Origin: Alphaproteobacteria bacterium
GTDB lineage: Bacteria > Pseudomonadota > Alphaproteobacteria > SP197
Length of the DNA: 64,000 bases
Reading direction: 5' to 3'
NCBI GenBank assembly: GCA_965228895.1
Contig: OZ245842.1
Location: 1,024,001 to 1,088,000, forward strand
Both the position numbers and the translations under genes were made by a program. Positions 58,087 through 64,000 of the stretch are shown piece by piece (the first letter of the stretch is position 1; every line of letters begins with the position of its first letter). The notes below the pieces were generated by a model. That model worked only from the letters and a program-made list of their open reading frames with translations, was not told the DNA's origin and did no database searches.

Positions 58087-58821
58087 GTGACTCCAATTAT
58101 CATGATTCCGGCTCGCATGGCGTCCCAAAGATTGCCGGGCAAGCCCATGGCCGACATTCATGGCGAACCGATGATCGTCCATGTCTGGCGCCGGGCCATG
58201 GAATCGGGGGTCGGGCCGGCCGTTGTGGCCGCGGGAGAGGCTGAAATCGCCGATGCCGTGACCCAGGTCGGCGGCCAGGCCGTCTTGACCGACGCCGACC
58301 TTCCATCGGGCTCCGATCGTATCCTGGCGGCCTTGGAAACCTTCGATCAAGACGACCGCTTTGACGTGGTGGTCAACCTGCAGGGCGATTTGCCGACACT
58401 GGATCCGCATTTGATCGCGAAAGCGGTCGCGGCGCTTGAGGAGAGTGGCGCCGATATCGCGACCCTGGCGTGTCCGACAGAGTCGCCAGAGGAACGGGTC
58501 AATCCCAATGTCACCAAGGCGGTCGTTGCCTGGGATGAATCGGGCGAGCGGGGCCGTGCGCTCTATTTTACCCGTGCCGAGGCACCGTCGGGCGACGGCC
58601 CGATCTTTCATCACATCGGTCTCTACGCGTTCCGTCGCGACGCCCTGGCGCGATTTGTCGCGCTGCCGGCAAGCCCCTTGGAAAAGCGCGAAAGACTGGA
58701 GCAACTGCGCGCGCTTGAGGCAGGAATGACGATCGCGGTGGCGCGCGTTGACACGATTCCACTCGGTGTCGATACTGCCGATGATCTTGAGCGGGCCAGG
58801 GCCTTGCTCGCAACCTCCTGA
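58087..58821 (+). CDS. kdsB: 3-deoxy-manno-octulosonate cytidylyltransferase
   Basis: IPARMAS.RLPGKP, SGSDR, NLQGD, HIGLY, LEQLRALE. Confidence 0.96.
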   Translation: MTPIIMIPARMASQRLPGKPMADIHGEPMIVHVWRRAMESGVGPAVVAAGEAEIADAVTQVGGQAVLTDADLPSGSDRILAALETFDQDDRFDVVVNLQGDLPTLDPHLIAKAVAALEESGADIATLACPTESPEERVNPNVTKAVVAWDESGERGRALYFTRAEAPSGDGPIFHHIGLYAFRRDALARFVALPASPLEKRERLEQLRALEAGMTIAVARVDTIPLGVDTADDLERARALLATS

Positions 58822-58827
58822 TTTTCC

Positions 58828-59706
58828 ATGGCAAACAGCGACAATATTATCGCCTTCCAGGGCAACCCTGGCGCTTACTCCCACCTTGCATGCCGGCACG
58901 CGTATCCGGATAGAGATGTGCTGCCGTGTGAGTCGTTCGAGGACGTCTTCGCCGCCGTCGAGCTTGGAGAGGCCTCGCTTGCCATGATGCCGGTTGAAAA
59001 CTCGGTCGCGGGCAGGGTCGGCGACGTCCACCACCTGATGCCCCATTCGACGCTCCACATCGTCGGCGAGCACTTTCAGCGGGTCGAGCACCAGTTGCTC
59101 GGCGTGGCGGGCGCCGGTCTGGACGACCTGGAAGCCGTGCACTCGCATGTCATGGCGCTTGGGCAGTGCCGCAACCTGATCCGGGAGCTCGGCGTCAAAC
59201 CCATGAACCACGCGGACACGGCGGGCGCGGCGCGCGATGTCGCCGACCGCGGTGAGAAGGCCCATGCCGCCATCGCGTCGTCGTTGGCGGGCGAGATCTA
59301 TGGTCTCGATACGCTGAAGACCAATATCGAGGATGCCGAGCACAACCACACACGTTTCCTGATCCTGGCCCGCGATGCGGTCGATCCGGACCCCAAGGAC
59401 GGCACGATCGTCACCAGCATCCTGTTCCGCGTCCGCAGCGTGCCCGCCGCCCTCTATAAGGCACTTGGCGGCTTCGCGACCAACGGCGTCAACCTGACCC
59501 GCCTGGAGAGCTACATGGTCGGCGGCGCGTTTGTCGCCGCCCAGTTTTATCTGGACGCCGAGGGTCATCCCGACGAGCGTTCGATGCAGTTGGCGCTGGA
59601 GGAACTGCGGTTTTTCGCCCGCGAGGTCCGTGTCTTGGGCGTCTACAACGCCCATCCCTACCGCAAGGAATCCGAGCGCCTGGCGGCCATGAACGGCGAT
59701 CTTTAG
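58828..59706 (+). CDS. pheA: Prephenate dehydratase
   Basis: FQG.PGAYS, PVENS..G, N.TRF, ACT domain with LTRLES. Confidence 0.94.
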   Translation: MANSDNIIAFQGNPGAYSHLACRHAYPDRDVLPCESFEDVFAAVELGEASLAMMPVENSVAGRVGDVHHLMPHSTLHIVGEHFQRVEHQLLGVAGAGLDDLEAVHSHVMALGQCRNLIRELGVKPMNHADTAGAARDVADRGEKAHAAIASSLAGEIYGLDTLKTNIEDAEHNHTRFLILARDAVDPDPKDGTIVTSILFRVRSVPAALYKALGGFATNGVNLTRLESYMVGGAFVAAQFYLDAEGHPDERSMQLALEELRFFAREVRVLGVYNAHPYRKESERLAAMNGDL

Positions 59707-59737
59707 ATTACTTAGTCATCAAACTGGGCGGTTGAGA

Positions 59738-60646
59738 TCAGCCTCGTGCGACCCAGTCGTCGATCAGGCGGCGCGCGATCGAATCGTGGCGCGGCAATTC
59801 GATGTCCAGATCGGCGCTTCTAAGATCGTCGCGGCTGTACCAATCGGCTTCGGCCAGTTCGTCGTCGCCCATGTTGATCGTCGGATCGCCAGCCTGGGCG
59901 AAGAAACCGATCATAAGGGAGCAGGGATAGGGCCACGGTTGCGTGGCATGGAAGCGGACATCGTGAACGCGAACACCGGCTTCTTCGAAGACTTCGCGCA
60001 CGACCGCTTCCTCTGCGGCTTCGCCCGGTTCGACGAACCCGGCCAGGCAGGAATGCAGACGCCCCGTCCAGCCGCGTTGGCGTGCCAAAAGGCAGCGTTC
60101 TTGATGTTCAACCAGAACGATGACGGCCGGATCGGTGCGCGGAAAGTGAAGGGCGCCGCACGTCTCGTCCGTGCAGCGGCGCAGGTGGCCGGCTTGCGCG
60201 GCCGTCGTCGGCTGGCCACAGGTGCCGCAGTGATGATGCTTTTGCGCCCATTGCACGAGCCATGCGGCATGGGACAGCAGGGACGCTTCGTCGCGCACCA
60301 ACTGCGTGGCGACGCCATAGAGTTCGACAAAATGGCCGTCGCCGCCCAGCACCGCGGCCTCGCTGTCGTCGAGATAGGAGATATCGATGGCGAACAAGGC
60401 ATGCCCGTTCATCATGCCGAGCAGAATGGGAGCGACCGTCGCGTGCTCGATGAAGCCGCGCGCTTCGTCGGCTGTCAGCATCACTGCGCCCGCCGTGCCG
60501 GTTTCGTCGACCAGGCTATGACCCCGCCACACCGGGATGAAGCGGCTCTCGGGGTCGGCCAGCCGTGCGGCGACCCATTGTTCGTCGGTGCGCCGTTCGG
60601 CGGCTCGGTCGATGACGGCGCCGCTATAGTGGGTGAGGTCAACCAT
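59738..60646 (-). CDS. nudC: NAD(+) diphosphatase NudC
   Basis: Zn-ribbon, FPRTDPAVI, AGFVEPGE..EEAV.REV.EE.G, QPWPYP.SLM. Confidence 0.93.
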   Translation of the reverse strand: MVDLTHYSGAVIDRAAERRTDEQWVAARLADPESRFIPVWRGHSLVDETGTAGAVMLTADEARGFIEHATVAPILLGMMNGHALFAIDISYLDDSEAAVLGGDGHFVELYGVATQLVRDEASLLSHAAWLVQWAQKHHHCGTCGQPTTAAQAGHLRRCTDETCGALHFPRTDPAVIVLVEHQERCLLARQRGWTGRLHSCLAGFVEPGEAAEEAVVREVFEEAGVRVHDVRFHATQPWPYPCSLMIGFFAQAGDPTINMGDDELAEADWYSRDDLRSADLDIELPRHDSIARRLIDDWVARG

Positions 60647-60749
60647 GGCCAGAAGCTCGCATAGCAGGCTTTCTGCCGCAATTGGCGGTCTCGGGGTTTA
60701 TCGCGGGGCAGGGCTTGCATCGGGGGTGGCGCGCTCGATATGGTGCGGG

Positions 60750-60849
60750 TGGAAGGCTGGCGCGGACGGGCGGCCTCGTGAACCCGGTCAGGTCCGGAAG
60801 GAAGCAGCCGTAGCGAGATTCGCGGCCCGGGTCGCTGTCCAGTCTTCCA
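60750..60849 (+). ncRNA. ffs: Signal recognition particle RNA (4.5S)
   Basis: Conserved core GTCAGGTCCGGAAGGAAGCAGC; ends pair (TGGAAGGCTGG / CCAGTCTTCCA); directly upstream of dnaX. Confidence 0.95.
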
Positions 60850-60873
60850 TCTTCCCTGCCCGAAAAAGGCCCG

Positions 60874-62583
60874 ATGGCGGAAACCGACACTTCTGACGAG
60901 ACCTACCGCGTTCTGGCGCGCAAATACCGTCCGCGCGGCCTGGAAGGGCTGGTCGGCCAGGACGCTCTCGTGCGGACCCTGCGCAACGCCTTTGCCAGCG
61001 GCCGGATTGCCCAGGCTTACCTGCTGACCGGCGTACGCGGCGTCGGCAAAACGACGACCGCGCGCATCATTGCCCGCATGCTCAACTGCATCGGTCCCGA
61101 CGGTACCGGCGGGCCGACCGCCGAGCCGTGCGGGGTCTGTGACAACTGCGTCGCGATCACCGAAGACCGCCATGTCGATGTGATGGAAATGGACGCGGCG
61201 AGCCATACCGGCGTCGACAATATGCGCGAGCTCTTGGAGTCATCGCGCTACAGGCCCGTCTCCGCGCGCTACAAGGTCTACGTGATGGACGAGGTCCACA
61301 TGCTCTCCACCGGCGCCTTCAACGCGCTCCTGAAGACGCTGGAGGAACCGCCGGAGCATCTGAAGTTCGTCTTTGCCACCACGGAACTCAGGAAGATTCC
61401 GGCGACGATCCTGTCGCGTTGCCAGCGCTTCGATCTGCGCCGCATCGATGCCGGTGTTCTCGCCGAGTACTTCTCAAGCCTGGTCGAGCAGGAGGGCGGC
61501 AAGGTGACGCCCGAGGCGATGGCGCTGATCGCGCGCGCCGCCGACGGCTCGGCCCGCGACGGCTTGTCGATCCTGGATCAGGCGATGGCCCAGGGTGGCG
61601 AGGAAGTCACCGAAGATCAGGTGCGCGACATGCTCGGCCTGGCCGACCGTGGCCAGACGTTCGATCTCTACGAAGCCCTGATGGGCGGCGATATCGCCGG
61701 CGCGCTCGCGAACCTGGAGCATCAGTACGCCGCCGGTGTCGATCCCCAGATTGTCTTGCAGGACCTGCTGGACCTCACGCACTGGCTGACGCGTATCAAG
61801 GTGTCGCCAGAGTCGGCCGAGAGTGCGGCGGTCGCGCAGTTGGAGCGGGATCGCGGCGGCGGCCTCGCCAAGCGCCTTTCCATGCCCGTCCTGACACGCG
61901 CTTGGCAGATCCTGCTGAAAGGCATCGGCGAAGCGCGCCAGGCGCCCCAGCCCATGCAGGCGGTCGAAATGGTGCTGGTGCGCCTGGCCTATGCCGCCGA
62001 TCTGCCGAGCCCGGCCGATGCCATCAAGGCGCTCGTCGATGGCGCCGGACAAACAACCTCGACGACGGCGACGCGGACGGCACAGCCGACCTCGGCATCG
62101 CCCCGGCCGGCCCCGACGCAGACTGCCCCATCCCAGACGGCCAAGCAGCCGCAACCGGTGGCTCAGGCTGCGCCCGTCGCTCAGCCTGATGCCAAGGCGG
62201 AGATCAAGACGTTCGCCGATCTGATCGCGCTTGCCGAGGAACACCGCGAGGGCATTCTGTGCGCCCAATTGCGCAACAACGTGCACCTCGTGCGCCTGGA
62301 GCCGGGCACGCTTGAATTCAGGCCCGACGGTGATGCGGCGCGCGACCTTGCCCAACAGCTCGCGCGCCGTCTGGAAACCTGGACCGGCAGCCGCTGGATG
62401 GTCGCCGTCTCGTCGGAGAAAGGCGAGGCGACCGTGGCCGAACAGGAACGCCAGGCCGAAGAGGCGCGTCGCCTGGAGGCCGAAAAGGACCCGCTGGTCG
62501 CCGAGGCGCTGGAAACGTTCCCCGGCGCCCGCGTCGTCGGCGTTCATGATAGAAATGACCCCGTCACCAACGATCAGGATTGA
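60874..62583 (+). CDS. dnaX: DNA polymerase III subunit gamma/tau
   Basis: YRVLARKYRP, GVRGVGKTT, DEVHMLS..FNALLKTLEEPP, SRCQRF. Confidence 0.97.
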   Translation: MAETDTSDETYRVLARKYRPRGLEGLVGQDALVRTLRNAFASGRIAQAYLLTGVRGVGKTTTARIIARMLNCIGPDGTGGPTAEPCGVCDNCVAITEDRHVDVMEMDAASHTGVDNMRELLESSRYRPVSARYKVYVMDEVHMLSTGAFNALLKTLEEPPEHLKFVFATTELRKIPATILSRCQRFDLRRIDAGVLAEYFSSLVEQEGGKVTPEAMALIARAADGSARDGLSILDQAMAQGGEEVTEDQVRDMLGLADRGQTFDLYEALMGGDIAGALANLEHQYAAGVDPQIVLQDLLDLTHWLTRIKVSPESAESAAVAQLERDRGGGLAKRLSMPVLTRAWQILLKGIGEARQAPQPMQAVEMVLVRLAYAADLPSPADAIKALVDGAGQTTSTTATRTAQPTSASPRPAPTQTAPSQTAKQPQPVAQAAPVAQPDAKAEIKTFADLIALAEEHREGILCAQLRNNVHLVRLEPGTLEFRPDGDAARDLAQQLARRLETWTGSRWMVAVSSEKGEATVAEQERQAEEARRLEAEKDPLVAEALETFPGARVVGVHDRNDPVTNDQD

Positions 62584-62586
62584 GCC

Positions 62587-62907
62587 ATGAACCTTGGCAA
62601 GATGATGAAGCAGGCCCAGGAGCTGCAAGGCAAGATGGCCGAGATGCAGGAACGCCTGGCCGAGTCGGAGGTCGAGGGCAGTGCCGGCGCCGGCATGGTG
62701 ACCGCGGTCATGAGTGGCAAGCATGAGCTGAGGCGCCTCAAAATCGATCCTTCCCTGGTCGATCCCAATGATGTCGAGGTTCTGGAGGACCTTGTCGTCG
62801 CAGCGGTCAACGATGCGCGCACGCGCGTCGAGGAGCACGTGAAGGAAGAGATGGGCAAACTCACCGGTGGCCTGAACCTGCCGCCCGGTATGAACCTGCC
62901 GTTCTAG
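62587..62907 (+). CDS. ybaB: YbaB/EbfC nucleoid-associated protein
   Basis: MMKQAQ..Q, G.AGAGMV, LEDLVVAA.NDA; dnaX-ybaB-recR order. Confidence 0.95.
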   Translation: MNLGKMMKQAQELQGKMAEMQERLAESEVEGSAGAGMVTAVMSGKHELRRLKIDPSLVDPNDVEVLEDLVVAAVNDARTRVEEHVKEEMGKLTGGLNLPPGMNLPF

Positions 62908-63501
62908 ATGGGTGGACCGGAAGTCGAACGCTTGGCAGCACTCCTGGCCAAGCTGCCTGGGCTTGGGCCGCGTTCTGCGCGCCGTGCGGTGCTGCATCTC
63001 CTGAAACAGCGCGATACCCTGCTGACGCCGCTGGCGCGCGCCCTGGAGGAGACCGCGGCCGCGGTCTCGACCTGCACGGTGTGCGGCAATCTCGACACCA
63101 CGGAACCCTGCGGCGTCTGCCGCGACCCCCAGCGCGACAAGAGCCAGATCTGCGTCGTCGAGGAGGTCGGCGACCTCTGGGCGCTGGAACGTGCCGGTGT
63201 CTTCGGCGGCCTCTATCACGTGCTCGGCGGCACATTGTCGGCGCTCGACGGCGTCGGTCCGGAGGACCTGCGCATCGCCGACCTGGTGACCCGGGCGAAC
63301 GACGGGACGGTGAAGGAAGTCATCCTGGCGACCAACGCCACGGTCGACGGCCAAACCACCGCCCACTACGTTACCGACCGTCTGGAAGGCGCCGGCGTCA
63401 AGGTCTCGCGCCTCGCCCTCGGCGTGCCGGTCGGCGGCGAACTCGACTATCTGGACGAGGGCACGCTGGGCGCCGCTTTGAAGGCGCGTCGGGAGCTTTA
63501 A
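62908..63501 (+). CDS. recR: Recombination mediator RecR
   Basis: [11 protein letters not shown]4 zinc finger, [19 protein letters not shown]. Confidence 0.97.
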   Translation: MGGPEVERLAALLAKLPGLGPRSARRAVLHLLKQRDTLLTPLARALEETAAAVSTCTVCGNLDTTEPCGVCRDPQRDKSQICVVEEVGDLWALERAGVFGGLYHVLGGTLSALDGVGPEDLRIADLVTRANDGTVKEVILATNATVDGQTTAHYVTDRLEGAGVKVSRLALGVPVGGELDYLDEGTLGAALKARREL

Positions 63502-64000
63502 GCCGCACTCACGCGACCGTTCGTCTGTCTTACCTCGTCCTTGATCGCGTCCGCCATCGCCGAGACGGCCTTTGATGCCGCATCGGCGTGCTTGCGCAGG
63601 GTGACGTTCGAGTTGATGGGTTTGGGAAAACCGTCGGCGGGTAGTAGGGGGCGGCAGTCGGCGGGCAGCATGCTGTCGGTCAGTGCGCCGATTGCCAGGC
63701 CCGCGCTGACGGCGGCCTTCAGGTTGAAGTTGTTGTCGCTGGTATAGGCGGTCCGGTAGGGGCGTTTCATGCGCCTTAAGCTGTCGAGCGCCCAATCGCG
63801 CCACCAGCAGCCGGGATCGAACACGGCGACGGGCAGGACGTCCAGCTTGTGGGCCTTGTGGTGTTTCGACGTCGCCCAGAATGTCCGGTCGCGCATCAGG
63901 ATCGTGCCGCCCTTTTGGCCGGGCCTGTCGAGCACGACGGCAAGGTCCAGTTCGTCCCCCTCCAGGGCGTCATAGAGAATGCCTGAGTGGGCGCATTTAA
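63498..64000 (-). CDS. LysR-family regulator, C-terminal substrate-binding part (5' end outside window)
   Basis: GELDLAV, LP.AVF..GC.WR..A...L...R.YR.AY.S......AAV.AGLAI; converges on recR. Confidence 0.8.
   Translation of the reverse strand, partial: KCAHSGILYDALEGDELDLAVVLDRPGQKGGTILMRDRTFWATSKHHKAHKLDVLPVAVFDPGCWWRDWALDSLRRMKRPYRTAYTSDNNFNLKAAVSAGLAIGALTDSMLPADCRPLLPADGFPKPINSNVTLRKHADAASKAVSAMADAIKDEVRQTNGRVSAA

Noticed and set aside
60874-62583. dnaX programmed -1 frameshift
   Set aside because: No AAAAAAG or long A/T slippery run seen; the Pro/Thr/Gln-rich linker is normal.
61474-63804. 776-aa minus-strand ORF, and similar long antisense ORFs (15455..17005, 58063..59655, 52914..54179, 42944..44128)
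   Set aside because: They overlap well-identified genes on the opposite strand and show no motifs; typical of high-GC DNA.

Overview
GC-rich alphaproteobacterial chromosome (gene order resembles Rhodospirillales-type genomes), mostly housekeeping: mcm-meaB, rpmB, cobST-dnaJ-bolA, aroKB, xerD-mcl-accA, secA-ppi-argJ-mutT, comF-grxC-nit, cyoABCD, zapE, folD, cytochrome c-kdsB-pheA, nudC, SRP RNA (ffs)-dnaX-ybaB-recR. It also carries many amide/guanidino/amine catabolic enzymes and three families of short palindromic repeats. The best candidate for an undescribed system is an AT-richer two-gene islet at 13.3-15.2 kb. It has a LexA-box-like site, then a 420-aa protein whose N-terminus resembles the capsid-binding tail of phage scaffolding proteins and whose C-terminus carries colicin-M-like motifs, then a membrane-anchored putative immunity gene. 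This reads as a possible SOS-induced, phage-capsid-delivered polymorphic toxin. Other notable points are a FolD lacking the cyclohydrolase lysine, a paired TetR operator, a tandem GNAT duplication coupled to mutT, and a cytochrome c with an acidic repeat tail. All family calls come from motif recognition by eye; no database search was run. No tRNA, rRNA, CRISPR array or transposase was seen.
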